Shown here: piece after piece, positions 1 to 14,300 of the stretch
Layout: each line of letters opens with the position of its first letter
Position numbering within the stretch: the first letter of the stretch is position 1
Origin: Macrostomum hystrix
Taxonomy: Eukaryota > Animalia > Platyhelminthes
Direction of reading: 5' to 3'
DNA length: 64,000 nt
Assembly (NCBI GenBank): GCA_950097015.1
Contig: CATNEN010000003.1
Coordinates: 10,106,001-10,170,000, forward strand
Made by a program: the position numbers and the translations under genes
The notes under the pieces: generated by a model
Told to the model about the DNA's origin: nothing
Databases searched by the model: none
What the model saw: only the letters and a program-made list of their open reading frames with translations

Positions 1-703
1 AATGAAAGTCACTATGATTTTAGGAATTTTTCTTTTCCTAAAAAAATAATAATAAACATGTTAATAAATTTCATTATGCCAATTAAGCATTTTTCCCATA
101 ATGGACATCATTCAGTGCTAAGTTTATAAATTTATTTTTTACAATAGTAATTCAGGAGCCAGTTGTTAAAAATCAATAAATGTACATATGTTTGGGTGAA
201 AAAGCATGGTACATATCAAAATGGGCAGGCCTGTTTTTTGAGCAAGATAGAACAGTTAAAGCTGACAGTTAGCAACCCCATGGTCAGCTGATTGTTAAGA
301 CTAGGTTGTTGGGCTGTGCTGAATATAGCATCTAATAGGCTTAGTTTGTTGTTATTCCTACAGAATTGTCATTTTGTATTTCCTATATAGGAAAAGTTCT
401 GGTCACCAGAAGAATTCAATTTGTAAGCAACACCTACAGTGAGAGTTCGGGGCACACTGAATTTAAGATTGCTCACAAAATTTGAACATTTAGATTTACT
501 TCTAGTGTTTTGTGTTTAAAATGGTTTTAAATGAAGCCCTTTAAGTAATTTACTGTCACGCACATATTGTGGGTTAGGGTTTTCACCTGTTTACACCCCA
601 TTTTGGAGGCTAAAAGTAGAAATGATTTTACAGAATTTTTAACAAAAGCACATTTATTTAGTCAGACTCAGACTTCTATGAAAACTTTCAATTCCTTAGT
701 AAT

Positions 704-984
704 CATACATGCGCAACACCCGGCCGACCCGGCCGAACCGGCTGGGTGAAACGAGGGCCAAGCAAGGTAAGTTGCAAAAACCAATCGACCAAGCGCAAAA
801 AAATCAAAGGGTGGACCAAGGGACAAAAAAGGAAGGCGTGAAGAAAAGGAAAAAGGGGAGAGAAAAAGAGAGCAAATGAGAGCAAACTAAGTCGTAAATA
901 GAGCAATGAAACAAACTAAGTCGCAAATGAGAGCAAAAACTAAGTCGCAAGGCCGGATAAGATTTGGGAGGTTGCGCATGTATG
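704..984. mobile_element. hAT-type MITE (281 bp)
   Basis: 14-bp TIRs CATACATGCGCAAC / GTTGCGCATGTATG; perfect 8-bp TSD TTAGTAAT at 696-703 and 985-992; no coding capacity. Confidence 0.9.
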
Positions 985-1242
985 TTAGTAATATTATTAT
1001 TAATTAAGAAAATTTTGTTTATGACAACTCAAATTAATTGTGTAGTTATTTTACTAAGAATCACACAAAAGACTGCAGATTAAATATTCTTTGTGACACT
1101 TGACTAGTAATCAAGAGTAACACAGTATTGGTAATTGACTTTTTATGTGATTGTTACATTCCAGCGATCTTTCTCGTTTCTTTCAAAGCTCAGCAACTTA
1201 GTTTGATCAACTAGTTTGTCAATACTCAGATCACTTAAAGAG

Positions 1243-2148
1243 ATGGCAGCTACTGTGCCGCTAAACAAAGAGGCCAACGAGGCTCCACCGCCTGCCTACC
1301 CGGGTTTTAGCAACGATCAGCAGCAGCAGCTTCCACCAGTTGCTATGGTAGCTAAGTCTAATGTCTCTGGTAATTACGCGAATACTAATGGCCAGGCTGG
1401 TGACTTAGAATCAGGCGAAGGAGCCAACGCCAGCACTGAAGCATTCTTTGTTCGCGGCCTAGACGATAAGAACATTAGGCGCGGCTTTATACGCAAAGTC
1501 TACCTAATCTTGTTTGCCCAATTGTTGGTCACATTCACCGTTGTCATCATCTTCTCGGCTGTTAAGCCAGTGAGAGATTTCGCCCGCTCAAATCTATGGC
1601 TATTCCATGTGTCCTACGGAATCTTTATCATTATGTACTTTGCTTTGGTCTGCATCACTCCGTTGCGGCGCAAATTCCCAGGAAATTTTATTTCCCTAGC
1701 CATATTTACGGCTAGTTTGTCATTTATGACTGGCGTTATTGCCTCAAGCTATCAGACCAATACTGTGGCTGTGTGCCTTGGTGTCACGGCCGCTGTCTGC
1801 CTTGGCGTTACACTGTTTGCTGTGCAGACTCGCTACGACTTCACAATGTGCAGCGGAATGCTTGTCGGCCTATGCATGGTTGTGATGTTGTTTGGCATCT
1901 CCTGCCTGATCACATTCTGTGTATATCGCGGCGATCCCAACTTCTCGATGACGGCTAAGATTCTCGACTGCGTGTACGGCGGCCTACTGGCCCTAGTGTT
2001 CGTCCTTTTCTTGGTTTTCGACACCCAGCGCGTTGTTGGCGGACGCAAGCACAATCTCTCCGAAGAGGAGTATATCTTCGGCGCTATGGAGATCTATGTC
2101 GACGTTGTCTACATCTTTCTCATCCTACTGGGCTTCAGTCGTCAGTAG
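1243..2148 (+). CDS. Lifeguard / TMBIM (Bax inhibitor-1 family) membrane protein, copy 1, intronless CDS
   Basis: PPPAY N-terminus, IRRGFIRKVYLIL, QTRYDFT, FDTQ and EEYIFGAMEIYVD motifs, about 7 hydrophobic segments; ATG at 1243. Confidence 0.93.
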   Translation: MAATVPLNKEANEAPPPAYPGFSNDQQQQLPPVAMVAKSNVSGNYANTNGQAGDLESGEGANASTEAFFVRGLDDKNIRRGFIRKVYLILFAQLLVTFTVVIIFSAVKPVRDFARSNLWLFHVSYGIFIIMYFALVCITPLRRKFPGNFISLAIFTASLSFMTGVIASSYQTNTVAVCLGVTAAVCLGVTLFAVQTRYDFTMCSGMLVGLCMVVMLFGISCLITFCVYRGDPNFSMTAKILDCVYGGLLALVFVLFLVFDTQRVVGGRKHNLSEEEYIFGAMEIYVDVVYIFLILLGFSRQ

Positions 2149-2419
2149 TTTAAAATACAATTCAATTTCAAAGCTTCAAAAACAAAATGAAAGAGAATAT
2201 AATACAAAAGAAACAAATCATTGATAAATAAATGTAACTTAACTGAGAAGCTTAACGGAAACCGAAACGAATTTTATTTACAAATAATTAAAATTTTGCA
2301 TCGATTGTTCAATTAAAATAGAAATTTTGATTAAAAGAAAACTCTTAACTGATTGTTTTATCTGCGTCATCATATATTTTATGTTTGTGTTAAAAATTTG
2401 TTTAGCCTAGTACCCTAGG

Positions 2420-2650
2420 ATGTCGGATTCAAGACTCGGTCGTAGGTTCGATTCCTGACCAGCTGGAACAATGTGTCCTTTAGCAACGTAGTTCATAACA
2501 TTACTTGAGTTCATATTGGTGTTGAGCTGCGGTAATTGAAGACTAGGTTTGGCCCCAGTCCATGGACTGAACGGCTGTACGCAGCCTTTAGCTGTTGCTT
2601 TGCAATCGGCTGCACTTCTGGCCCAATTGGATTATGCTTAATCAATTGCA
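2420..2650 (+). mobile_element. tRNA-derived SINE family B (CORE-like)
   Basis: B box GGTTCGATTCC, then TGTGTCCTT and palindrome CAGTCCATGGACTG; related copies at about 3040-3230(-), 11650-11700, 18630-18710, 20394, 27460-27712 and 58310-58350(-). Confidence 0.6.
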
Positions 2651-3818
2651 GTTACAAAATAATTAGTCAAACTTCTAAACGATAGATATATAGTCACTAA
2701 TGATATTTGATGTACGTTGAAAAAAGCGATATTACATAGTCAATTCGATGAGTAGTTAATAGCTGTTCTATACTAAACAGACCAAACATACATTATTCAC
2801 TATGTTGAGTTTACTTGTCTTGTGTACTATTCACCAATGAATTATTCAAGATTTACTTTTTTTCACCTGTCGGCCTGTCTTTTTGTGTTGCAAGCAATCT
2901 CGAATTGCGTTTTTTTGCATTGAGCCACTATTTTCTTAAGCATGTCTCACAAGAAGCAAAGTAGGCACTAATTTCGTCGTTTAATCAGACGATAGAAATC
3001 TGAAACCTACTGCATGGAACATCGAAATGGTTTGTACAAGTATTCAGTCCATGGACTGGGTCGTGCCGCACCCACCCATATTTACGGCCCAGCTAAATAG
3101 CTGATTAAATTGAAATTCTACAGCTAGATATGCTTATGCTATAGAAAATTTAGTGTCTTGCTGAAGGACACATTTTTATTGGTGTCCTCAGATACGAACA
3201 CCGGACCTTTATGCATCTAACCACTAGGCAATGCTGTAGCTGTTACAAAACAGAAAAATATTTCGTGTTTTTTTATCCTTCAGAAGAATCGTTTTTACGT
3301 AGGAGTCAGTAGTTAGTATCCATTATGTTTGCATGCTATATTTCTGTCTCTGTTATCCCAGTGCGCTTTTTGTGTTACGTGGATTTTAATTGTATAAATG
3401 TTATATTCATATTAATGTCGATGTTTTAAACTAACAAAAATCTGTAAACCATTTTCGTTCTAAACTCAATCAGCTTGGAATTTTTGTCTGCAACACCTGA
3501 ATTTATGCTTCTAAATATTGCATTGATGTTATAATAGCATTCAATGTTGTAATCCACATTACCTAAACACAATCATCATCTAAATTAATTGACATAGGTT
3601 ATTTCGCGTTTTATTTATCTGCAGTAACGTTTGTCTGTTGATTTTAATTTGATTAATAACACTTTTCATGGTAATACTATATTCAGAAAAAGAAAAAAGA
3701 CAAATTTCATTTTTTCCCTAATGTCATTAATTTCTACTTGGCTTTTTCTTTTTTTGTACACACTGAGTGCCCAAAAATATTAACCCTGAGACTCCCAGTT
3801 GGTTCAATTTCTAACTCT

Positions 3819-4040
3819 GCACCTCATTGACTCACCCAGCACCTCATTGACTCACCCAGCACCTCATTGACTCACCCAGCAGCTTATCTACTCACCCAGT
3901 ACCTTATCTACTCACCCAGCACCTCATCTATTCACCCAGCACCTCATTTACTCACCCAGCACCTCATCAACTCACCCAGCACCTCATTTACTCACCCAGC
4001 AACTCATCTACTCACCCAGCACCCCACCAACTCACCCATT
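3819..4040. repeat. 21-bp minisatellite (ACCTCATTGACTCACCCAGC-type)
   Basis: about 10 tandem units. Confidence 0.9.
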
Positions 4041-4131
4041 ATTTCATGCACTCTTCAAGAGCCTCAGTAAAAATTTATTCTTCAATCTTACTTTTTTACT
4101 CAAAAAATATGTATATATTTTTTTATTTTAG

Positions 4132-6930
4132 TCGAAAGAAATCCCAACCGATCAGCTGCAGCTGCAGCAGCAGCCACCCCAGCTGCCAAATTACACGAAG
4201 GCTTCTGCTGAGACTGGACTAGAAATACTAGAATCCCATTCTACAGCTACCGGTGTCGGTTACTCGCGTCCAAAGGATCGCGATGCCGTTGCCATCATTG
4301 AAGACGGCGGAGCTGACTATAACGGTGCCTTCGTGGCCGGGCTAAGCTTTTCAGACCCGGCTGTTAGGCGGGGCTTCATCATCAGAGTGTACGCTTTGCT
4401 AATGCTGCAGCTACTCGTCACTGGCATTGTGGTGTCAGTTTTCACGTTTGTGTAAGTTCTGTATGCTTACTCTGCTTCCACAATAAACCCAGTTTCTGTA
4501 ACTCATCGATCTACCTGTCTACTCGATTTCTGTAACTCATTAATCTACCTGTCTACCATGTCTTCATTTCTACCTGATGTCCGCTACACACTACTCTACC
4601 TGCCTACTAAGTTTCTGTAGCCCAATAATCCACATTTGTTGTTATATTCGTTGAAACATTGCAGCGACCCAGTGAAGCACTGGGTGCAACGTAACAGGCT
4701 GTTTTACTACATATCATTCGGAATATTCATGATCGTATATTTCGTTATCCTCTGCTGCAAATCTGTTCGCCGTAAATTCCCCTGCAATCTGATATATTTG
4801 GCAATTTTTACTCTAGCTTTCTCCTACATGGCTGGCTGCACTGCGTCATTTTACAATACGCAAAGTGTAATGCTTGCTATGGTCATTTGCGCAGTTATCT
4901 GCATCGCTCTTAGCATCTTCGCCGTACAGACCAAGGTAGGCGCCTGCGTGTGTCCATCTAGATCCCAATATGAATCGATCTAGATCCCAATATGAATCCA
5001 TCTAGATCCCAATCTGAATCCATCTAGATCCCAATCTGAATCCATCTAGATCCCAATCTGAATCCATCTAGATCCCAATCTGAATCCATCTAGATCCCAA
5101 TCTGAATCCATCTAGATCCCAATCTGAATCCATCTAGATCCCAATCTGAATCCATCTAGATCCCAATCTGAATCCATCTAGATCCCAATCTAAGTCCATC
5201 TAGATCCCAATCTAAATCCATCTAGATCCCAATCTAAGTCCATCTAGATCCCAATCTCAATCCATCTAGATCCCAATCTGAATCCATCTAGATCCCAATA
5301 TGAATCCATCTAGATCCCAATCTGAATCCATCTAGATCCCAATCTGAATCCATCTAGATCCCAATCTGAATCCATCTAGATCCCAATCTAAGTCCATCTA
5401 GATCCCAATCTAAATCCATCTAGATCCCAATCTAAGTCCATCTAGATCCCAATCTGAATCCATCTAGATCCCAATCTGAATCCATCTAGATCCCAATATG
5501 AATCCATCTAGATCCCAATCTGAATCCATCTAGATCCCAATCTGAATCCATCTAGATCCCAATCTGAATCCATCTAGATCCCAATCTAAATCTATCTAGA
5601 TCCCAATCTGAATCCATCTAGATCCCAATCTGAATCCATCTAGATCCCAATCTGAATCCATCTAGATCCCAATCTGAATCCATCTAGATCCCAATCTGAA
5701 TCCATCTAGATCCCAATCTGAATCCATCTAGATCCCAATATGAATCCATCTAGATCCCAATATGAATCCATCTAGATCCCAATCTGAATCCATCTAGATC
5801 CCAATCTGAATCCATCTAGATCCCAATCTGAATCCATCTAGATCCCAATCTAAGTCCATCTAGATCCCAATCTAAATCCATCTAGATCCCAATCTAAGTC
5901 CATCTAGATCCCAATCTGAATCCATCTAGATCCCAATCTGAATCCATCTAGATCCCAATATGAATCCATCTAGATCCCAATCTGAATCCATCTAGATCCC
6001 AATCTGAATCCATCTAGATCCCAATCTGAATCCATCTAGATCCCAATCTAAGTCCATCTAGATCCCAATCTAAATCCATCTAGATCCCAATCTAAGTCCA
6101 TCTAGATCCCAATCTGAATCCATCTAGATCCCAATCTGAATCCATCTAGATCCCAATCTGAATCCATCTAGATCCCAATCTGAATCCATCTAGATCCCAA
6201 TCTGAATCCATCTAGATCCCAATCTGAATCCATCTAGATCCCAATCTAAATCCATCTAGATCCCAATCTGAATCCATCTAGATCCCAATCTGAATCCATC
6301 TAGATCCCAATCTGAATCCATCTAGATCCCAATCTGAATCCATCTAGATCCCAATATGAATCCATCTAGATCCCAATCTGAATCCATCTAGATCCCAATC
6401 TGAATCCATCTAGATCCCAATCTGAATCCATCTAGATCCCAATCTAAATCCATCTAGATCCCAATCTGAATCCATCTAGATCCCAATCTAAATCCATCTA
6501 GATCCCAATCTGAATCCATCTAGATCCCAATCTGAATCCATCTAGATCCCAATCTGAATCCATCTAGATCCCATCCTTATTATTCAGTTTCGATTAAATA
6601 ATTTTCCGTGAAATCCTAAATCCCTGGTTTTCAAAGATCGACTTTACAATGTGCAGCGGCCTGATGATAGTGATCTCGCTAGTGTTCATCCTATTCGCCC
6701 TGGCCTGTTGCATCTCTTTCGCTCTATATGGCTCCTTTCGCATTCGAGAGTATGTAGTCGGCGGCGTAGGCGCACTCGTGTTCTCAGTGTTTCTAGTCTA
6801 CGATACTCAGAAAGTTGTTGGCGGTAGAAAATACGATTTGAACCCGGAGGAGTATGTCGCTGGAGCCCTTCAATTGTACTTCGACATTTTAAAAATCTTC
6901 ATCTACATGCTGCCGTGTACAAATAACTGA
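4132..6930 (+). CDS. Lifeguard / TMBIM protein, copy 2; exons 4132-4451, 4665-4935, 6637-6930 (start codon lies outside the first listed exon)
   Basis: FSDPAVRRGFIIRVY, VRRKFPCNLI, QTK|IDFT, YDTQ, PEEYVAGALQLYFD; GT-AG junctions keep frame (phases 2 and 0). Confidence 0.88.
4953..6573. repeat. 22-bp minisatellite TCCATCTAGATCCCAATCTGAA filling almost the whole intron
   Basis: about 73 near-identical units starting about 17 nt after the donor. Confidence 0.97.
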
Positions 6931-6994
6931 TCCTGGTAACTATTGCTGTGAGATTTGTCTATGGAAATCTCAAAGTATATATTTTGTCTATCGT

Positions 6995-8300
6995 GATCTT
7001 GTAGGTAGGAGTTATGTTTATTGGGATCTTTTTTATGTAGCTTTTGTTTCGGCTAGGATAAAGACTAGTTTGTGTAGCTTTTGTTTCGCGTAGAATAAAT
7101 CTAGTTTATGTAGCTTTTGTTTCGGCTAAGATGAAGACTAGTTTGTTTAGCTTTTTATTCGGCTAGGATAAAGACTAGTTTATGTAGCTTTTGTTTCGGC
7201 TAGGATAAAGGTGGGAGTGATGTTTATGGGGATCTTGTAGGTAGGAGTGATGTTTATTGGGATCTTGTAGGTGGGAGTTATGTTTATTGGGATCTTGTAG
7301 GTGGGAGTTATGTTTATTGGGATCTTGTAGGTGGGAGTTATGTTTATTGGGATCTTGTAGGTCGGAGTTATATTTATTGGGACCTTGTAGGTGGGAGTTA
7401 TGTTTATGGGGATCTTGTAGGTGGGAGTTGAGCCTAGCCGTAAAAGAAGGTGGCAATATTTTACCAATTTTTTCCTGTCTATTTTTTCAGCTTTTCTCAG
7501 CTGCTTTCATTTTAAAAAATATGAAATCGTTTTGTATTTCAGTTTGACTGTTTACAAACCTCAACTAAATTGAGGTAGTTTTTTATTTTTCATTTATTTT
7601 TCATTTTTTACAATTTTTTTTTTGTGACGATGCAAGGTAACACTTTGCGATTTGCAACGCCTTTTGAACGAATATTAGAGCTTTCATTTGCTGATTTTCA
7701 GCTACCCGAAGCCAAATAACTGTTTCTTATTTAAACAGAATCTTTTTATTTACAATCCGTCAATTGTCAAGTCCATTTGAGTTAAGCAAGTATCTTTTTG
7801 ATGCAAACAATCAAAATAAAACACCACATACTAATTAAGTAACTTTTGTTACTTTTTTCAACTTTTGCATACGGAAAGGAGAGACCTATTATCATAATCA
7901 AGACCTTTAAGGTCAGGGGTCTAGGATAAAGACCAGTTTGATTTTCTGTACTTTCGAGAAGGATAAAGACCCTAGTTTGGGTAGCTTTAGTTTCGCGTAA
8001 GATAATGACTAGTTTGTGTAGCTTTTTATTCGGCTAGGATAAAGACTAGTTTGTGTAGCTTTTTATTCGGCTAGGATAAAGACTAGTTTGTGTAGCTTTT
8101 TATTCGGCTAGGATAAAGACTAGTTTATGTAGCTTTTCATTCGGCTAGGATAAAGACTAGTTTATGTAGCTTTTGTTTCGGCTAGGATAAAGACTAGTTT
8201 GTGTAGCTTTTTTCGGATTGGATAAGGACCACTTTGGGTAGCTTTAGCTTCGCATTAGACCAGTTTTAGTAGCTTTTCTTCGGTTTGGATAAAGACCTGT
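6995..8300. repeat. Mixed minisatellites: 30-bp (GATCTTGTAGGTGGGAGTTATGTTTATTGG) at about 7200-7430; 37-bp (AAAGACTAGTTTGTGTAGCTTTTTATTCGGCTAGGAT) at about 7030-7210 and 7920-8300
   Basis: visible tandem units; they explain the repeat ORFs at 7175-7547. Confidence 0.88.
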
Positions 8301-8380
8301 TTGGTTTAGCGCACAATGATGAGTATATGTGTCCTAGTTGCTAAATTTCCATTCCAGCTGTGGATGCAAAGCACTATCGC

Positions 8381-11300
8381 ATGCAAAACTCTTCCACAAC
8401 ATCAAAGTCGTACGCAGCAGCCGCTGCGGCGGCAGCTTCGTCGTCAACAACAACAGCGGCATCGACTGTGGCCTCAGTTGCGCGTTGCCCGTCCACTGGC
8501 CGGCCTCAGCAACTTCAGCGGCCGTTGGGCGCGAGTTCGCGACCGCCAGCGGAGCCGTTGTGCCAGCACTCGCTTGGCCAGTGTACGAACCTTCGCTATC
8601 CGGGTCACAGTCTGTGCGCCAGGCACTTGGCTTCAACTAGCTGGGAGCCGGATGGTGCTGCATCGTCTTCTGCTCCGCCTGTGCACTTCTGCCAGTACCA
8701 GGCCGGTGCCAATGCCCAAACAATGCGCTGCGGAGAGGTTGTCGAACGGCCAAGGCGTTTCTGTCCCCAGCACGAACCTGATCCTCCACCGGAGCCTTCG
8801 TTAGGCCTGCCTGCCCAGCTTGGACCGGATGCGGCACTGCAGGATCTGTTGAATTCTGTCAGCTGCTTGCAGACTAAGCCGGCTGATAAGTACTGCTTCG
8901 CTGACGCTTTTCAGGTACGGTTAGAGACGGAGAGAAAAGAGACCGGAGAGACGAGACTGAGGAGAGACGAGACTGAGGTGAGATAAGACACGGGAGAGAC
9001 GAGACTGAGGAGAGATAAGACACCGGAGAGACGAGACTGAGGAGAGATAAGACACGGGAGAGACGAGACTGAGGAGAGATAAGACACGGGAGAGACGAGA
9101 CTGAGGAGAGATAAGACACCGTAAAGACGAGAGTGAGGAGAGATAAGACACGGGAGAGACGAGACTAAGGAGAGATAAGACACGGGAGAGACGAGACTGA
9201 GGAGAGATAAGACACCGTAGAGACGAGAGTGAGGAGAGATAAGACACGGGAGAGACGAGACTGAGGAGAGATAAGACACCGTAGAGACGAGAGTGAGGAG
9301 AGATAAGACACGGGAGAGACGAGATTGAGGAGAGATAAAACACGTGAGAGACGAGACTGAGGAGAGATAAGACACGGGAGAGACGAGACTGAGGAGAGAT
9401 AAGACACGGGAGAGACGAGACTAAGGAGAGATAAGACACGTGAGAGACGAGACTAAGGAGAGAACAGACACGTGAGAGACGAGACTAGGGAGAGATAAGA
9501 CACGGGAGAGACGAGACTGAGGTGAGATAAGACACGTGAGAGACGAGACTGAGGAGAGATAAGACACCGGAGAGACGAGACTGAGGAGAGATAAGACACG
9601 GGAGAGACGAGACTGAGGAGAGATAAGACACGGGAGAGACGAGACGGAGTAGAGATACAACACGTGAGAGACGAGACTAAGGAGAGATAAGACACGTGAG
9701 AGACGAGACTAAGGAGAGATAAGACACGGGAGAGACGAGACTGAGGAGAGATAAGACACGGGAGAGACGAGACTGAGGTGAGATAAGACACCGGAGAGAC
9801 GAGACTGAGGAGAGATAAGACACGGGAGAGACGAGACTGAGGAGAGATAAGACACCGGAGAGACGAGACTGAGGAGAGATAAGACACGTGAGAGACGAGA
9901 CTGAGGAGAGATAAAACACGGGAGAGACGAGACTGAGGAGAGATAAGACACGGGAGAGACGAGACTGAGAAGTGGTAAGACACAGGAGAGACGAGACTGA
10001 GGAGAGACGAGACTGAGGAGAGATACAACATTGGAGAGACGAGACGGAGGAGAGATACAACATTGGAGAGACGAGACGGAGGAGAGAAAGACACGGTAGA
10101 GACGAGACTGAGAAGTGGTAAGACACGGGAGAGACGAGACTGAGGAGAGATAAGACACGGGAGAGACGAGACTAAGGAGAGATAAGACACGGGAGAGACG
10201 AGACTGAGGAGAGATAAGACACGGGAGAGACGAGACGGAGGAGAGATAAGACACGTGAGAGACGAGACTGAGGAGAGATAAGACACGTGAGAGACGAGAC
10301 TGAGGAGAGATAAGACACGGGAGAGACGAGACGGAGGAGAGATACAACATTGGAGAGACGAGACTGAGGAGAGATAAGACACGGGAGAGACGAGACGGAG
10401 GAGAGATACAACATTGGAGAGACGAGACGGAGGAGAGATAAGACACGTGAGAGACGAGACTGAGGAGAGATAAGACACGGGAGAGACGAGACTGAGGAGA
10501 GATAAGACACGGGAGAGACGAGACTGAGGAGAGATAAGACACGGGAGAGACGAGACTGAGGAGAGATAAGACACGTGAGAGACGAGACTGAGGAGAGATA
10601 AGACACGGGAGAGACGAGACTGAGGAGAGATAAGACACGGGAGAGACGAGACTAAGGAGAGATAAGACACGGGAGAGACGAGACTGAGGAGAGATAAGAC
10701 ACGTGAGAGACGAGACTGAGGAGAGATACAACATTGGAGAGACGAGACTGAGGAGAGATAAAACACGGGAGAGACGAGACTGAGGAGAGATAAGACACGG
10801 GAGAGACGAGACTGAGGAGAGATAAAACACGGGAGAGACGAGACTGAGGAGAGATAAAACACGGGAGAGACGAGACTGAGGAGAGATAAAACACGGGAGA
10901 GACGAGACTGAGGAGAGATAAGACACGTGAGAGACGAGATTGAGGAGAGATAAAACACGTGAGAGACGAGACTAAGGAGAGATACAACATTGGAGAGACG
11001 AGACTGAGGAGAGATACAACATTGGAGAGACGAGACTGAGGAGAGATAAAACACGGGAGAGACGAGACTGAGGAGAGATAAGACACGGGAGAGACGAGAC
11101 TGAGGAGAGATAAGACACGGGAGAGACGAGACTAAGGAGAGATAAGACACGGGAGAGACGAGACTGAGGAGAGATAAGACACGTGAGAGACGAGACTGAG
11201 GAGAGATACAACATTGGAGAGACGAGACTGAGGAGAGATAAAACACGGGAGAGACGAGACTGAGGAGAGATAAGACACGGGAGAGACGAGACTGAGGAGA

Positions 11301-14300
11301 GATAAGACACGTGAGAGACGAGACTGAAAAGAGATAAAACACTGGACTCACAACTGGAACGTCAAATTTAGATTTTTGACGGCACAGATTATAATAAAAA
11401 TATAATTTCTGTAGGGCTGTGGGAAACGGTACATCATATGGTGACACTAGACCCGCAGCCAACGAGAAGGCAATTTTGTCTATTCCACTGATTCCTGAGC
11501 ACACGCTCAGACAAGTGTGTACATCTGCCCTGACTTTCTCATTTTCAGGCAGCGTACACTTTCACTTTGCCTTCAAGGAGGTTGGGCCCTCAAGGGCGTA
11601 AATTGCAGGGCAAGCCCCCAAAGTTACGCCCCCAGTTACGCAACAGTATTCCTCTGGTTCACCCAGCTGTCAAATAGGTACCAGCGTTAGCTGGGGTAAT
11701 TACGTGCCTTCAAAGCTTCTTAATAATAATACTTAATTTGAATCAGAATAAGGAATGGTTAATCCGAAATCAACATTAGACACAATGTAATCCAATTTCA
11801 CCTTGGAAACTGCAGGTAAGCCAGTTTGTTCGCGCCAAGACAGCAGAGCCTGGACCGCATCGGATCAGAGATCGCATGTCCGAGTGTGCCAGCGACACCG
11901 ACTCGTCAGTGTCCGACGATCCTTCCGATAGTGAAGAGGCCAATTTTCCTAGCACAGCAGAGGTGTTCACCCGCACTGAGCTGGTCAAAGCAGCCAAATG
12001 TAAGCTGCAGAGCTTGAGAACAGCCTACGAAGACGAAATCCAACGCCTTCAGAGGGAACTGCGCCAGGGCTATGAAAGATTTGTTGCTAGCGGCGCCCCT
12101 GGAAGCAGCGGCGTCGGCGGCAGTTCTTCTAGCACTCTGACTTCGGCTTCTTCAATGCCTTCACTGGCTGGTACTAGCAGCGGTGGATCTGCTCGATTTA
12201 GACGAAGCGCCTACGAGCAGTGCCAGGTGAGTCTGCATTGGGTGTGTTGTTGGCTAGTTTTATGACAGACTTCTATTGATATCATCCGAAAAGTGTCGTA
12301 GCTTTTTGTTGAAAACTTGCTTCTAGGTTTTAGAAAATCTTCTATTGTCTACTGCTAGTAAATCGTGGCTGATACTATGTATCTTACAAAGCATTTTGTA
12401 GTTTCTAAGAAATCCGTCAGTATTTTAGAATCGTCGCCTTTTTCTAAGAAATTTTTCGCTCTTGATTCGTAAAAATTGTAGCTTTTTTGAGAAAATCGTC
12501 TTTGTTTTACAGTCTTTATACTCTTTTTTCACTAAAAATATCGTATTTAGTTTTCTCGGAAAATGGTAGCTTGTTTTCTAAGAAATTCATAAATCGGTTT
12601 ACATTCTTAGAAAATTATCGATTGTTTTAAGATTGTTCTACAAAATTTGTCGCTAGTTTTTTAGGAAAGTTTTTTACGTTTTCTTAGTAAATTCACAGTT
12701 ATGTTCTTAAAAAAGTCATCGCTCTACATTATTCGAAACTCCCGTAGTTATTGTTTTTTTTTAGTTGTCGTTACTTTTTTTAATACTCGTTAGTTTTTTT
12801 TTTTAAACAGTCGCTTGGTTTTTTTCCGAAAAAAATGTCGCTGGCCTCGCTAGCTTTCTAAGAAATGTCTCTTGTATTCTAAGAAATTCTTCGTTCGTTT
12901 TTCGAAAAAGTATTCGCTACTTTTCATCGTAAAAAACTGTAGCGCCCCATCCGGATTTCTATAGGTGCTTACCGGAACAGACAAATGGTTGCGTCACCGT
13001 GCAACAGAGCGCCGATACTACGCCGCCTACATCGAACAGATGAAGCCGCCGTCCGCTCGCCGCTGCTCCTACAATGGCCCGCCATCGAAATGCTACGAGC
13101 GTGCCCTGCCGCTATCCTCCTATTGTTCTACGCACATCCTATCGGAGCCAAATCAATGCCTATTTCGCGCCTGCATTGAATCCGGTTGCACTCGGCCAGT
13201 GATTCGATTTGAAGCATCCGGTAGGTGCGAATCGCATAGAGAGGCCGAGCATTATGAATTGCCGGAGGAACTCTTACAACAGTCTGCTGAGAGTGCCAGC
13301 AAAGTGGCTAAGCCTCAGGTTAGTTTTTCTCATTTATAGTTTGATTATTAGCTAGTATTGCTGCAGGAATCGTAGCTAGAAATTTAGCTGGAATCGTAGC
13401 TAGAAATGTAGCTGGAATCGTAGCTTGAAATGTAGCTGAATTCGTAGCCAGAAATATAGCTGGAATCGTAGCTAGAAATGTAGCTGGAATCGTAGCTTGA
13501 AATGTAGCTGGAATCGTAGCTTGAAATGTAGCTGGAATCGTAGCTTGAAATGTAGCTGGAATCGTAGCTTGAAATGTAGCTGAAATCGTAGCTAGAAATA
13601 TAGCTGGAATCGTAGCTAGAAATGTAGCTGGAATCGTAGCTAGAAATGTAGCTGGAATCGTAGCTAGAAATGTAGCTGGAATCGCAGAAGGAATCGTAGC
13701 TAGAAATGTAGCTGGAATCGTAGCTAGAAATGTAGCTGGAATCGTAGCTAGAAATGTTACTGAAATCGCAGCAGCAGTCGTAGCTAGAATCGCAGCAGCA
13801 GTCGTAGCTAGAATCGCAGCAGCAGTCGTAGCTAGAATCGCAGCAGCAGTCGTAGCTAGAATCGCAGCAGCAGTCGTAGCTAGAATCGCAGCAGAAATGT
13901 AGCAGGAATCGTAGCTCGAAATGTAGCTGGAATCGCAGCAGCAGTTGTAGCTAGAATCGCAGCAGGAATCGTAGCTAGAATCTCAGAAGGAATCGTAGTT
14001 AAAAGCGTAGCAGGTATTGTGTCTGGAATCGCAGCAAGCTTTAGTCACAGCTGGAATCTTTTACAGAATAGCGGAAGGTATCATTTATAGATGATTTATA
14101 TTTATAGATAATCGCTGCTAGAATCGTGGCTAGAATCGCAGCAAGAATCGCAAGAAAAGTCTCTTAGCCAATAAAATTTTCTCTGCCAATCGAAAATAAG
14201 TTTAATATTACTTTAAATTTCAGGTCTTCCTTCATTCTCCTCATTCAACACCGTCCAAAGCCACTTGTAGTAGTAATACTACAGTTAGTAAGCATCGCAC

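Noticed and set aside
4953-6573. CRISPR-like appearance of the arrays
   Set aside because: Head-to-tail repeats with no unique spacers, no cas genes, eukaryotic context
8874-11504. Long Ser/Leu-rich minus-strand ORFs up to 683 aa
   Set aside because: Translations of a stop-free 32-bp satellite lying in an intron
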